Below the pieces are notes generated by a model. The model had not been told where the DNA came from, did not search any database, and saw only the letters and a list, made by a program, of their open reading frames with translations. The position numbers and the translations under genes were made by a program. A stretch of 64,000 nucleotides of DNA from positions 14,260,001 to 14,324,000 of the forward strand of contig CM022674.1 of NCBI GenBank assembly GCA_012295275.1, given 5' to 3'. This document shows positions 37,636-61,789 of this stretch, one piece after another (within the stretch, counting starts at the first letter, position 1; every line of letters starts with the position of its first letter). Source of the stretch: Chrysomallon squamiferum (lineage: Eukaryota > Animalia > Mollusca).

Positions 37636-40234
37636 CAGCATTTTAAATGAACTTCAGTAAACTTCACTTGTTTTACAGAAGCATGTTTTAAATCAATAAT
37701 AACCTGATACGAGGCATGGTGGTTTTTTTAAAAATGATTGGTGTGAAATTATCTGTAATCTTTTTTCAGAAAAATTAATTTATTTAAATTACTGTTTACA
37801 AATGAATGGTATGAAATTTAATTACAGCTCAAAAGTACAAGTATTTTAAACTGTTGGTGTAACTTACTTCAGTGTATTGATGTGACTCATTTTATGGTCA
37901 GTTTCTATTTCTATAATTTTTTTTTCCAGAGACATGTATTTGTTATAAATTAGTAGTAATTTGTAAAATATTTATCATGTTGATTATTATTTACAAAAAT
38001 GACAAGAGCAAGTTAATTAGTATAAACATATGGAAATGAAGAATATAATTATCAGTAATTACTGTTATAAGATTTACTTTGAAAAAATAATAATTGTGGG
38101 TGTTTAAATTGTTTATCTCATCAAAACAATGTTTTTTTCTTCTAAGAAATGAAGAAGGAGAAAGAGTAAACAATAATTTATTTTAGAACATTCCAAGTTT
38201 ATTTATTGCCTTTTCATTAATTTTATCTTTATATTTATATTTTTATTTATATAAGACAACATAAAATTTTGTTTAATTTTATATTTGTGCCTTAAATATA
38301 AATGGTCTGCACTCAAGGTTACATTTTCATTCCAGATATCATTATTTTAAGATAATTATTGTTATTTTTACTTCCATTCTGAAACAATACAGTCTTATAA
38401 ATCATATATCAGTGTTTAACTTCTAATATAAATGTTTTAGTTTAGAAAAAAAGAAGAATATAATTACATAATGAAAATTAATTTGACTAAAACATTTATA
38501 AAAAAAGAAAATGAATTTTAGGAAAACAAAATAAATTATATCACTGATAATTGATAAATGCTATAAATGTTACATAGATTTTCCTTTGTGTTACCTGTTG
38601 CCTTAGTTTCTACCTGTTGTGATATAACCAAAAAGTATGTGTTGTGTTATTTGTATTCAGCAATATTGGCTAACAGCTGAGCATAAATTAACATGTTCTT
38701 GATATATCAAATGTATTTTGAAAGTCGATGTTCATTTTATAATTTTTACAGTTGTGTTGCCTTAATGTTACAGTACAGAACACAGTTAACATTTTTTGTT
38801 TACAGTGTTGTTTTCTCCTGCATATAAACCCATGTAATGTAAACTGCCTTATTGAACTGTATTTATGTTGATACAGAGTTCAGTGTTTTTATGAACTTTT
38901 TAGAAAATGTACATAGAGGAGAGGGGTAACTATTAACTGTGGTAATCAAAACATTTATCAGCAGGACAAGGAAGTAACAACATCAACGTTGTTGTTCATG
39001 TGATGATGATGAAGATTATCATAAATGAATAAATCCCTGTGTATAGTAAATGCTAACATATAAACCCTCCCTCCCCTAAAGTTCACCTCTGTAACCACCC
39101 TGAACTTTCCATTTACTAACATTAATGTATAGTAGCAGAATTCTGTTTAATTTTACTTATCCCTGTATTTAAAAAGCCTTACATGTCTTCTTCTTCTCCT
39201 TCCAAATGTGGCCTTTTGTTTGTAATATTAAATTATATAGTTACATTTTGCCTTGAAAAAATAAGGTAAATATTAATTTTTTAATTTTATTTTACTCATT
39301 CATATTTCTTCCCAAACCTGTCTGTTGTTTATGCTGTTACATTTTTTTTTTAAATACTGTTTCTTTCCTAAACCCTGTGTTGTATTATATTTTTAAAATA
39401 TATTTAGATATATATATATATATATGAATTAAAATGTGTATGAAAAAAATGTGTTGTTGTTTTTAAAAAATGTTTTCAGTTCTTTTTATTTAAATAAAGT
39501 AATTAGATTCAAAATATTGTGATGAAGTAAAAAGCTGAAGAAGAAAAAATAAATAAAATAAAGAGTCTTTATGTAAAAGTTCACAGGAATAACAGAAACA
39601 TTCAGACTACTTCACATTTTAAGATCCATAATGACTTATATTAGTAGTATTATTACCTTATTCCTAAATCTGTCTTCAAAATAGTGAAAATTACAATGAA
39701 TTTGTGTTTAAAGTTACCTCAAAACTAGTGGTACCCAAGGACATATCTGATGACCAAAAGAAACCATCAGTGGCTGCAGCTATTACTGCACTGACACAGT
39801 TATTTCCCCTGTAGACTGACTAATCAGAACTGATTGTGCTGAATTGTTTATATAATTACTGCCTTGTCCTAAATTTGAAATGCTGGACATTATTACCTGG
39901 GTTGCAACCGTATGACACTGTCAGCACTTTTGTGTATCATGGAAATTCTGGTAAGCACCTTTTTGTGATTTGATTGAAAAATGATAAGTTTGTTATAATT
40001 AACTGTGACTTAAAAATGTCTTGAATAACACACAATAACTTAATCTCATGTGTTTCTTATATTGAGGTTAACACATTGTATGAATGAAGATTATTATTAT
40101 TATTATTATTTTGTTTGTGTGTGTGTGTGGTTTTATTTGCTTTAAATGCTTAAGGAACATTCTCTGCCATTTAAAGTTATTATTTCCAAGAAATTATTTG
40201 TTGCTACTTATAGATCATTACAATTAATTTATTG

Positions 40235-40291
<57 letters not shown>

Positions 40292-40631
40292 GTCTCACTT
40301 TTACAGTTATAAAAATAATAAATTAACTTTTCTGTTGTTAAATATTTATAATAGCAATAGTGTTAGTTATGCTGTAGTAATATTAGGTATAGCTGTAGCT
40401 ATGACTGTATATTAATATTTGGCATTACAAAAAGTTTAAAACAAACAAAATTAATAGTAATGTATAACCGGAAATAAAAGTCAGACTACCTGATTTATCT
40501 CCCCTAGTTATCTTAGGGGCTCGTCGTACTTCCTGTTTGTATGCAGCGAGCCAGATGTTCAGACGGGCTTTTTCTTCACATTAATTATAAAAGTTGAAAC
40601 TTACCAGTTTTTAAGAAACCAGTGCTACATT

Positions 40632-40958
40632 ATGTCCAGAAAAAAGAAAACAGAGGTGCGTAAAAATTATAATTTTATTTATTAATTATTGAGTGATTTA
40701 ATAATTAAGATATTTGATGATGATGTTGATGACGATCGTTACATCAGTAACTCTAACTCAGTAACTGTCAATCGATTCCGTGTATCGTGTTACGTCTGTT
40801 GTCATGATTTTAACTGAGATTCATGATATCACAGGTTTTTTATGTCTTTATTTGTTCTTACAAATTACATTCGTGACAGTCGTACTCTGACTTTCGTTAC
40901 GCTAATAGGAATTAATATTTAAATTAGTATTTTACTATTTTTTAGACACTTTCTTCAT

Positions 40959-41011
<53 letters not shown>

Positions 41012-41132
41012 CACAACAACAGATTTAAGAAAAAGTATACCAGGCAGAGCGAAATCATTATGCAGTATTTATTTGTTGTGGAAAGCAACTTTAAAAAGAC
41101 GAAAGAGGTTTTTCAGTTCAGTAACTGTACCT

Positions 41133-41179
<47 letters not shown>

Positions 41180-41894
41180 TAATAATAATAATAATAATAA
41201 AGAGTTGTGGCAAACCAAGCCAGTCAGTATTTGCTGTTTTATCTTTTACTAAGACAAATAATTATGATTTAACTGTAACTTGAAATAGCATAACAGTCAG
41301 TGAATTAATGATCTGTATTTATATTATATTTGTTTAAATATAGTGTTAGAAAGATTTAATAATTAAACAATATTAAAACCTCCAACTTCTTCTATTAATA
41401 CTCAATATGAATGAATTGAATTTCTCAGACAGCTTTTAATGTATATTTGCATTTTACCAAATTTCTTTCACACTGGTCGTCCAAAGAAGAAACATTCTGT
41501 GATGGTTTTGAAATTAGATGCTGGTGTACAGAAGGTTCTAAGATCAAATCACAGGACATCCAAGTATAGTCATCCTACAAGAGTTCGACAGCCAAAAAGA
41601 AATTGCTCCAGTCAGTATGCAACACAGTCTGAGAAGGGAGACAAATCACTTTGGTTAGTACAATTGAAGTCTTCAGTTTAAATTATAATGTTACAAAGGA
41701 TTAAACATTATTACAACTACTGATGTTGTTATTAATGTTATTGTTTCTGTTGTTGTTGATGCTGTTGTTTTTATTACTACAGTTTTTATTGTTATAGTTG
41801 GCAGATAACTGTAATGAGAATATAATAAAACAGTAGCTTTGAATAAAATAAATCTTTAAAATAATAGAAATATAACAATGATTTGTACATGTGC

Positions 41895-41992
<98 letters not shown>

Positions 41993-44312
41993 GTTTGCAT
42001 ATTAATAAAGCTGTAACTAATGAAATAAATGATTGTAATTTCAGTTCTGCTGAAAAAGATACATTAAAGGATGTGATTGCTGCAACTGGCAGAAGGAAAA
42101 ATACAACACAGAGAAATAAATTGTTATCATGTGAAGAAATCAAAACAAATCAATCAAGCTGTTATACAAAAAGAAAAACAAACAGAAATTATTTAGATTT
42201 GAATCAAATCAAAACTTGTAAACAGAAAGGAAAAAGACGATCTGGAGAAGAAAATAATAAACAGCAAATACCTTCCAAGTGTAAAATTATTAACAAGGAT
42301 TTCAGTAAGGAGAAGAATTTGTCTAAAGAAAGTTGTAAACTGGACACAACTTCTAAATCTGAAGACTTTATTCCTGATAGTAACAGAATTATGAACAAAA
42401 AAGAGAGTATAAATATGAAAAAGCATGAACTGAACAAGTTTTCTAAAGTCAAAATTTTTAATCAAGTTAATGAGATTAGTAAAACTGAACAATGTTCAGT
42501 CTGTAAGCAAAAACAAAAACTGAAAAAATCTTCCAAATCCAAAGTTTCTAATATTTGTCATCATGTCAGAAGTTTGGAAAGTGGCCAACAGCCTTCTAAT
42601 ATAGAAATAACTAAATTGTTTTCTAATAAAAAGTTTTCCATGTCATCACCTTTCCAAACCTGTGGAAATAGTTTAGAACCTAGAAGAGATTTTGAGGCTG
42701 TACATACATCAGAAACCATCACAGACTCTGGTTCGATTGATCCCAGTGACTTGAAAGCTAAAAATTCTAATATGAAAGGATTGTGCAAAGTTATCAGTAA
42801 TGAACTTGATGCCAAACAAAATCACAGAATTACAAGAACTGGATTAAAAGTTTTATCTTCTGAAGAAACTTCAGTAACACTTCCTGATCAGAATCAAAAT
42901 GCATTACCACTGGAAACAAACAGATTGTTGTTTGCAGAAGACATTTCTGAATTCAGTCCAACACAGATTAGTGGCAGTGAAAATGTGTTGGACAGTAACA
43001 TCACAAAGACGACAGTGAATAAAAGCCAGTCACAGAAATGTGAGGAGACTGCATCTGAGCTTTCCAGAGATGGAAATACTGTCAACTTTTCATCAGTCAG
43101 TGAACATTCTTCACTTCATCAAGCCAGAAAAGCTAAAAGTTGTAAAAATGTTTCTCTTGTCAAATCTGTCACTGTTTCTACACTGATTTCTCCTTCCAAT
43201 ATTCTGACTCATTCTAAACACCAATCTCCTACCAGTCCCTTAGCTCCTAAACTCCAGTCTCCTCCTCCTTCTTTAATCCAATGTCCTCAGCCAGAATCTC
43301 CTTCCAGACTTTTGTCTCCTAAAACAGAACCTACTATTATACGACACTCCAGTTCAAGTCTCCAAAGTCCGAAACTGCAAGCTCCTTCTAAACCCCACTG
43401 TTCTTTCAGTGTTCTCCCCCTTTTCAATCATTGCTCTGCAGTAGAAGACTGTATCACAGACACTTCACAAACAACACAAGTAGAGTCTGAAAAGATCTCT
43501 CTGACTTCAGAAGAACTGTTTCCCTTGAAGGATGTAGAAACAAAACATAACAACTCCAGTACAAAACTGCAAACCGTCCTTTCCAAATTGAGAAAGTCTG
43601 AAACCTGCACAAACCTGAGTAGTGCTGATAAGGAGATTCAGACATCCAACTTTACAACTGACGCAAGTCCAGAGATGTCACAGACACAACTCTTCAGCAA
43701 TATAAACACACTCAGTGAAGAGAATTCTGTACAGGAATCTTACAGTACAGACAAAGTAAGTTTGATAAGTACAGACCAACAAGTTACACTTAAAACTATG
43801 TATTTTTAGAAGGCTGAAGCATATCCCATAATTAAACAAAACAAACAAAAAGCTTAGTTTTAACCATTTTATTAAATATCTTACTGCAGCAGAATAATTG
43901 AAAGAGCCATGGTTAGAATTCTCTTGTAAAATAAAAATATTCCACAAAATATTATACATCCATTAGTACTATTAGTTATTATTATTGATGGCAGTTGTAG
44001 TAGTATCATCACTGTTATTATCATCATCATCATTTTATTATTATTATTATTTTTTCTATCCAGGTATTTGGACAGGTGTCTGCACTGATTCATGACGAGT
44101 TTGTGAGGAACAGACAAGTAAATGCATTCATCCAGAACATCTTACCTCAAATTACAGGTGTGACATGTCTCTCCTCTCACAGCCACCTCACCATCAATGG
44201 CAGCTTCGTTGCAGTGAACAAAGCCTGGCATCTGTTATACAAGGTTGTAAATGTCTTATACTTTTATAATTATATGAGAATTATCATATAATGTGTGTGT
44301 TTACTACTACTT

Positions 44313-44346
<34 letters not shown>

Positions 44347-45199
44347 TATACTGATGCTACTACTACTACTAGTATTACAGAAACTTCTACTACTACTACT
44401 GCTACTTCTACTACTACTATTACTACTACTTCTAGTTATCTACTACTACTACTTCTACTCTACTTTACTACTGCTTCTACTTTTACTATTACTGCTGCTA
44501 CTTCAACTACTAGTACTACTGCAACTTCTACTACTACTGCTATTCTACTATTAGTACTACTGTTACTATGCCTACCACTACTACTTATAATATTACTTCT
44601 ACTACTACTACTACTGCTACTCTACTACTTTTACTATTACTTCGTTTTATAACACTGCTGTTACTGTTTCTACAGTTGTTACTTTTACTACTACTACCAC
44701 TTCTGCTACCACATTTGTTAACTGCTACTACTATTTTGATTATAGAAAATTGTTATATTACTACTGCTTTTTTTGTAGATGAAGAAGCTGATTGCCAGTG
44801 GTGGACTGAACTCCTCTGATGTTGACTATCAGTCTGATCACGAGTATAACCAGTCTACTAAATCATTAAGTAGGTCACACTGATTTCCTGTTCTAACCAT
44901 ACCTGTTCAATCAAACTTGATGATAAGATAATTAAATTTACATTTTTATCTTTCACATAACCTTACAAAACTTTTATTTGTTTATTCTTTTCTTTTGTTC
45001 TTCTGTCTATATTATTGATATTGTTACTACTATTGATATAATCAATGCACTACTGTTATTATATTATAAATATTTCTATTATATTTTTTATTTTTTATTA
45101 CTGTTGTTGTTATTATTACTATTGCTGTTGTTGTTACTACTGTTGCCATTTATTCATTTATTTATTAATATATTTATTTATTGACCAATTAATTGATTA

Positions 45200-45231
<32 letters not shown>

Positions 45232-47535
45232 AAAGGATAAAACTAAGTAATTTAACAGACATGTGTCTATTTTAAATACTGTTGATTCTCGATTTCATGG
45301 ACCTTGGTTTACCAGACCAAATGTGGAAAAGACTTTTTTTGCCCAGTCATCATTTTTCTTCTGTGCATCTTTCTTTAACTGTCCTGTATGACATTTGTTT
45401 ACTTGGCTTTTATATCAGTGTTTGTTCTTGTATTATTACACAACTTACAAATGTTAGCAGTTTCGATTTCCCAGACTTTTGCAATTCCTGGACCAGTGCT
45501 GTTCTATTAGTACGTGAAACTGAGGATCAACAGTACTAATTTATCTAAATACTTTGTCATTGCAGAAGTTTTATGGACAGAACCAAATGGAAAATGTTAT
45601 GAATTACCATCAGAGAGTTATTGTGAGGGAATGTTTTTATCAAAAAGACGAGCAGACACACTGTCAACAGTTTCACAGTCACACCATCTTTGTGATTTGT
45701 CTGTGAAGAGTGACTGTAACCAGGGAGATAACTCTTATAAACCTATTAAAGATAACTCTGATAGACATAACAAAAACAAGGAAGATAATTCTGAGAAACA
45801 GAAAATCAAAGATGATAATTTTAATCAAAATAAACTGAAGAAAGAAGACCTTGCGTTGAAAAGGGAGGATGATTCTGATGAATGTAATTTAAACAAGGAA
45901 GGTAATTCTAATGAGCTTAACGTTAACAAGGAAGATAACTCAGCTAAACTCCAAGAGCTGGAAAGAAGCATACTGAAGGGAAGTAACTGCAGTAGAGAAA
46001 CGTTTTGTATAACTAATGAATCAGAGATGTTTTTTGTCACTGATGCAGCTGACGACCATGTTGAATACGTTGTAGATGTAAATAATGAAAAAATGGAAGT
46101 TCTTGAAGATGTTGTACAAAGTGGGACATTGTTCAGTGAGGACGTCACCCAAAATGAGCATGATGCTGAGGTGGATGTTTCAAATGACTGTTCCATGGGA
46201 AACTCACAGTTAACAAACAAAACTGGAAACAGTATTGACAGTAGCAAGGAAAAGTTAGTAATGATAACAGGTCCATTCGGAGATGAGCAGTACATCGTTT
46301 TAACAGATCCAACAGCAGACAGGATCAGTGCAGATACATGTCCTCCAAGTGACAGCTGGAGAGAAGATTCACACGCTGAAGTGACGCATCATAAACCTCA
46401 TTTAGTCACAGAAAAAACAGACAAAGTTGGTAAAACTCTGAAAAGCTGTGAAGTGCACAATGTTGGTGATTCAAGTGAGTCTTGCTTTGAAATGAAAATA
46501 TGTGATGCGGGCAGCGAAGTGTTTGTGAGGTGTGACAAATGTTCAGCAGTGTTCAGAGACGTGGCTGGACTCAAACAACACATCCGCGAGAAACACGTGA
46601 CCAAGAATCACAGCTGTGGAGTTTGTGGAAAGACGTTCGTTGAAAAGCGTTACCTGCACGCTCACCTCAACAGACACTTTGGTTTGAAGAAACACACGTG
46701 CTCTGTGTGCGGCTGGAAGTTCTTCGAGAGACACAAACTAAAATTGCACCTGGAGACTCACAAGAGCGTCGACAAGCGACAGCTTCCTTACAAGTGTGTT
46801 GTGTGTCAGCACCAGTTCCACAACCGAGCCACGTGGAGTGACCACATGAACACGCACACTGGAGCAAAACCGTTCGCTTGCGCCGTCTGCCCAGCGAGAT
46901 TTGCTCATCGTATTGGTTTAAAGCGACACTGGCTGGTCCACGACAAGCAGACTCCATTCAAGTGCGAGTACTGCGAGAAAGGCTTCAAGCTGAAGACAAA
47001 GCTGCAGGATCACGTGACAGTGCACACGGGTAGAGGAAAACATTCGTGTGAAATCTGTAAGAAAGTCTTTACAGCGTCTGCTTCATTGAAACGACACATG
47101 TTCTCAGCTCATCTGAAAACCTCGTCGACAGCAGATTCAAAAGAAGAAACTGTGTTCAGGTGTCAGAAGTGTGGCTGTGTCTTCCCAACACGGACAGACA
47201 CACAGCAGCATGCTGCCACCTGCTGTCTGTCGCAGATTAAATTAGAAACGTCCTCATTTCCCAATCTAACACCTCTAGAGAGGTCGCTCATCACAGACCA
47301 CACTGAACAAGAAAATGACGATACTCAAATCGAGTCTTTGCTGACATCACTAGAAAATACAGAGGGAGATAACCCTAATTTGGCGGAAGACCATCTTTGT
47401 CTAGTTAACTCCACTTTAGATGAAGTTGAGCGGATGAAGCTGGCGGCCAGTACTCTAGCTGATTTGTGTTGTTATGCTCAAGAAATGAAGAAAGAAGAAG
47501 ATAATAATGAAAACTTAAAACAGTCCTTATTTTAA
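40632..47535 (+). CDS. Large C2H2 zinc-finger protein (~1398 aa; 7 C2H2 fingers plus 1 C2HC finger at the C-terminus)
   Basis: Phase-compatible exons 40632-40655, 41433-41653, 42045-43755, 44064-44243, 44779-44869, 45566-47535 (4197 nt). The last exon has tandem fingers (CDKC..H..H, CGVC, CSVC, CVVC, CAVC, CEYC, CEIC, CQKC..H...C) with a TGAKPF linker. The N-terminal exons are basic and S/P-rich, probably disordered. The zinc-finger exon is secure; the 5' exon joins are inferred. Confidence 0.82.
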
Positions 47536-49094
47536 ATGTTGATAGTCCTTGCGTTGATGTATTTAAATAAATACAATTAAATAAATTATTTGTAATTGGT
47601 TTTCTGCATTAAAACGAAAAGCTGTGCATTTAAGGAATAAAAATAATAATAAATAAACGTTATAGCATGTTATGTATTATATCATTTAACACAACGGTTT
47701 TTTTGTGGGGGGGGGGATTTGTGTGTTTTGTTTTGGATTTATTTATTTACTTATTATTTCTATTTGTTTTTTTTTTTTTTTTTTTTTTTCATTTTGTTCT
47801 TACCATTGTGTTTGTGAAGTTCTAATGCAGAAACCAACAGAAATCAGTTATACGTTTACTGTTAAACATATGTAACCTTTAAAACATTTAATCCTTAAAA
47901 CTTGTTTAATTTTTAAAATTTACTAGGGTCAGACAGGATACAATTGTCTTGGTTCATTTAAAAACGAGGAACTTTTTTTTCTTTTACACCGGGCAGTGCT
48001 AGAGTTGTGAACGTTGAAAACAAGAGACACTGGTTTAGCTTGACAAGCCAACGTGAATATAAACTGTTCTATACGACCTTTCTACATCTGCACTAACAGC
48101 AGAATAAACCATCGCACAACTCTCACGAAAATCCCTGCTGACTGATGTAGATGCAAAATTACAAATAAAATTATTTCTAGATTTAAAATATAGTTACAAG
48201 CAGACGAACAAACTGAACATTTTATTCCACGTACAATTAAGATTTTCTGTTTTATCCGTCCTTTTTCTTCTTCTTTTTTTCACGCAGAATTAAAATTTTC
48301 TATTTTGTCCGTTTTCTTAAGATTTTCTTTCGTCTGAAGCGACTGTCCGCAGCATCTGTGTGTCTGAGAACGAAAACAGCATCTGATCAATCACTGTACG
48401 AAGTGTGTGGTATCTTTAATTGTCTTTTCGACGGGTATTTTCGATCGATTCCGGATATGTATTTTTAAAAAATGGCTGCATTCACGATTAGTGGGACAGG
48501 AATATGTCGTGTGGTGCCGAGTTTGTTACGTGTCGGTTGGTAATGGGGAGGGGGGGGTGTCGCTTGAGATTTCTGTTCTGATACAAATAGCTCGTGTTTG
48601 AGTTTCGTATTCATCATGACTGAACAGGAAGTGGGTGGAGGGATGTCACTTGATGGAGGCCCGCGTATCAAGGCCGCACCTTTAAAAAAAATATAATAAT
48701 AAAACAAATAAATAAATAATAAGTGTACATTAATTGTTTTTAATAAATGTTTATATATACAGATATAGATATAGATAGATGGATAGATAGATACAGATAT
48801 AGATATATTCATTTGAAAGAACCGTAATGACAAAATATAATGAAGCTTCATATCTTGATTTATTAATCATCACAAAGAAAGGGGGAAAAAAACAATACTA
48901 CTAATAATAATAATAATAAAATTATAAAAGATTCCATTGCCATTTCACGGTATATTTTATTTTGTAGCAGCATGAAGTTAGGTGTTCAAGTTGATTCCCA
49001 TCTTTTGCAGCCTTATTATAATTCTGCTGTTTATTTTCAGTCAATCAAGTATTCATTCACACCCATTCGTCATGTCACATGACTTGACGGTAAT

Positions 49095-49222
49095 AATGCA
49101 CATGCGCATCCTGTGGGCCACGAGACATCTGAACACGAGGCGCTGGTTGGACGATAAAAAGCGCGCGACGTGACCGTCATTGGCAGTGTACAGTTTGGAC
49201 GTTTGGCAGACGACAGAAAAAG
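49095..49222 (+). promoter_or_regulatory. Putative core promoter and 5' UTR of the urotensin II-like gene
   Basis: CpG-enriched patch with an NRF1-like GCACATGCGCA (~49098) and a TATA-like GATAAAAA (~49153) about 70 nt upstream of the ATG. Confidence 0.4.
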
Positions 49223-58141
<8,919 letters not shown>

Positions 58142-58276
58142 CGTCACTTCCGTTCTCGACTCCGATATAATGTGTGCAAAACAATGAGAACAATTGTGTA
58201 ATGTATTCAGACTCTCGAACGTTTTCAGCAGGGAAATAAATTATCTTTTCTCAACGGACTTGTGTCTTTCTTTTTT

Positions 58277-58308
<32 letters not shown>

Positions 58309-59495
58309 TTTGCCTTTGTTCTTTATATGAGATTTAACTGAACTGAACTGTTCTTGGATCCGAACTGTGGAAACAGACAAACGAGGTTAACTTTTAATTT
58401 CACTTCAGTCTGCTTATCTTCTGACTAATTTCATTAACAAAGATATGAAGACCGTTGTTGTTGTTGTTATTACTGTTGTAGTTGTTGTACACATTCATAC
58501 AGAGATTCACAAGTATACACATACACGCACACACATATAAACATAGGTACAAAGACAGATATGCATATACATATTCTCATGCATATATATTCTATGATAT
58601 ACACGTATAGGAATAGACACAGATATACACATGCACGCATACAGGCACGAGCATATTAAGATACTGTTATCAAATAACTTTAAGGGACAAAAAGCAATAA
58701 CATGTAAACTGCATCGAAAATTTTATTTATTAGAGATAGCAAACACAGAATCTAAACATCAGCACGTCTAATTAATGCTGAATCACATTTTTGTCTCGTG
58801 CTGCTGATTAGAAAACTGTACAAGTCTTGGCTACCAGGCAGTAGATCAGACTCTAGGGCTCCAGTCGATGTCCTCAGATTGTGACGTAATTGGAGTCCAG
58901 AGACCGTGCGTTGTCGTAGAGTCATACTGATGACGTAACATTCCCTCTTCTAGTGATTCTGGTTATTTCTGAATGCAGACGCTTTCTAACAAAATTCATT
59001 GTTTGGTAAGATTGTCAAAGTCCACAAACAACGTGACTGACACCAAGTCTCAGTCTAACATTTCTCCGTGTATTGTCATCCTGAAGTCAAACAAAAGCTT
59101 TTCATCGATCTTTTAGAAGTCTGATGACATCATACCATCATCGAATTTGGAACGTGTACCTCCATTTATAGGGAAATTTAGTGCGGTGGACATGAAGTGC
59201 ATGTGCAAAGTGTGCAAATATAGCAATTTGTGAAGAAACAAAAAAAACTAATAAAAATCCTACAGACCTTTGGCTTTGGTCCAAGTGTGCGTATCAAAAT
59301 AATATATGTCCTGGCATGTAAGATAATATCAGTGATAGTGCATTTGAATTCATATCTGGGTTGCTAAGACCCAGTTTCATTAATATGGAATAATATTAAT
59401 TGTGACATTACGATCCAGCTAGCTCAGTGGACATCCAGAAGATAATGCTGAAAATATCGTCTGACCCTTAAATTGTTTTGATTAGTATACAAACC

Positions 59496-59619
<124 letters not shown>

Positions 59620-59722
59620 TAAATAAATAAATAAAAATATTATAAATCAAATATTAAACAAAATGACAATAGACAATGAACGGCGTGATGATTAACTGCG
59701 GTTACTAAGCGACCTGTGTGAA

Positions 59723-59812
59723 GGTTGTCTTGGTAGAATCGTTACCAGACTCCAGAGTGCGGGTGAATGGCTGCCATACGTTCAAGTCGCGTCGGCGGCA
59801 TCTGACATTTGT
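59723..59812 (+). mobile_element. tRNA-derived SINE-like element, copy 2 (diverged)
   Basis: Collinear similarity to 57579-57690, including the B-box-like GTTCAAGT and GCGGCATCTGAC. Confidence 0.5.
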
Positions 59813-61789
59813 GTGGTATAAAACACAAACACAATACATGAGTTAGTACTAGTTGTAATAGTGTTAGTAGTAGTCATAGTAGTAGTAGTAATAGTGTTAG
59901 TAGTAATCGTGGTACTAATAATAATAATACTAGTAGCAACATACCTGATTTAATTATAATTAAAATAATCAATATTATCATCATTATTATTAAATGCCAG
60001 GAATATTTTTTACTTCCTCTTCCACGAACGATATCGCTTTACAAAATGTTATGTTTTTAAAATAAGTATTTTGCTAGGAAGAGAAAACGTACCAACGAAA
60101 TCTTTCCATCTTACACCGACCGGACATATAACAAATTGTTTCACAATCGCCTTGACATCAACGTCGTTAGTGACGAAATATAATTGTACTTTTAATATTA
60201 CGTTTTGATGACGTCGTGAACAGTTGGTCATTTAGGAAAACCAATACAAAAAGTTGTGAAACTAAATTTGTATTGATTTTATTGTAGTCAGTGGAGTTAA
60301 TTCAGTATTGTATAATAAATCTGTGTTTTATCAACCAATAAATTAAACAAAATAATAATGAAATATTAAATTATTACTGTGAATTAACGTGACATAAATT
60401 TTTACTGTAATTTCTTGTATTTTGCGAAAATGTTTCATACCAAAATATCTGAATACTTCTAACAATGCATATGTAAAAACGCGCGCGCACGCGCACGCCC
60501 TCACAGAGAGACACATTTTTGATTTCTGCAACTTTAGTTGTTTTTTTTATTAAAAAATAATAATAATAAAAATACCTCTTGTACTTATATAATTTTAATT
60601 ATTATATAATTATACACGTATGCACGCTTCCCAATTATGTAATTTATGTAACAACACCAACAGTTATAAATAGACAATACAAAAGGAAAAGGAAAAAGGA
60701 GACAACAACAGAAAGAAATCTATTGTTTGAAGAATACAATATACAGGTATTTAAAACAGGTATACGTTTTAAGAAAAAAATAATCTTTGATTTCTTTTTG
60801 GGCAAATATAAAACCTATTTAAGCTATTTATTTGATCAAAGATATAAATAGTTTTATTTAATAATTTCTGATACACTGGAATGCACGTGCAGGATAATTT
60901 TTTTGTTAAGTAACCATGACAATTAATTCCAACACAGGTTCGGCAAACAGGACTGGAAAATGGACTTCCTTCGACAAACAGCCGCTGTCATTATCCTGTG
61001 ATCGGATTGCGCATGAGCAGAAGTGGATAGTCTCGAAACCAGAGCTTCATTTAATTGTTAGATTTGTGTTGGTGGTATCGCGAGTCGTGGTTAGCATGTC
61101 TGTCTTTGTCTTCGTGCTTGTAAAGATTCAAACACGTTGAGGTGGATTAAGTGACTTATTTAATTATTAAATGAATTTTTGTTTTGATATTATGTTACTG
61201 TCATTGCAGTGTTTAACTAATTAAAATATTAGACTTTTAAAGCGATAAAATTGGGCGAATAAATTGTGTTATGCTAGAAAGATACCACTATTGATAAACA
61301 GATTGAAGAAAAGGCTATATACATTAAAGATATTTCAAAGTTCTTGGTTTATTCTTTTTTTTTTTCCATTAAATATCAAATAAACAGCTTAAATGCATTT
61401 TATATCTGCCTGAAAAGAAATGATTTGATTATTTTTCTTATGAATCTTAAATACGTATATGCTGTGTTCTTCAAACAATAGATTTCTTTCTTCCCATTTT
61501 TTATTCACTCTAAATGTATTTGTGACGATCGTAAATAAATAAATAAAACAGTTTTATAAAGAAACAACAATAACAACAATTCTTTAAGAAGTTTTATTTT
61601 AACATTTTTAAACTTGTATTAATTAGTTTATCGCTTTATTTATTTTTAATTATCATGTGTTTTTCCATGGGAATGCCCGTCTGCTGGAATTTTTCTGTAG
61701 ATTGATGATTCAGTACACAGAAGAATCAAACTGAACAATAGTCTCATCCCATTGCCCCCTCTCTCTTTCTTTTTGCGCATTGTTTTTCC

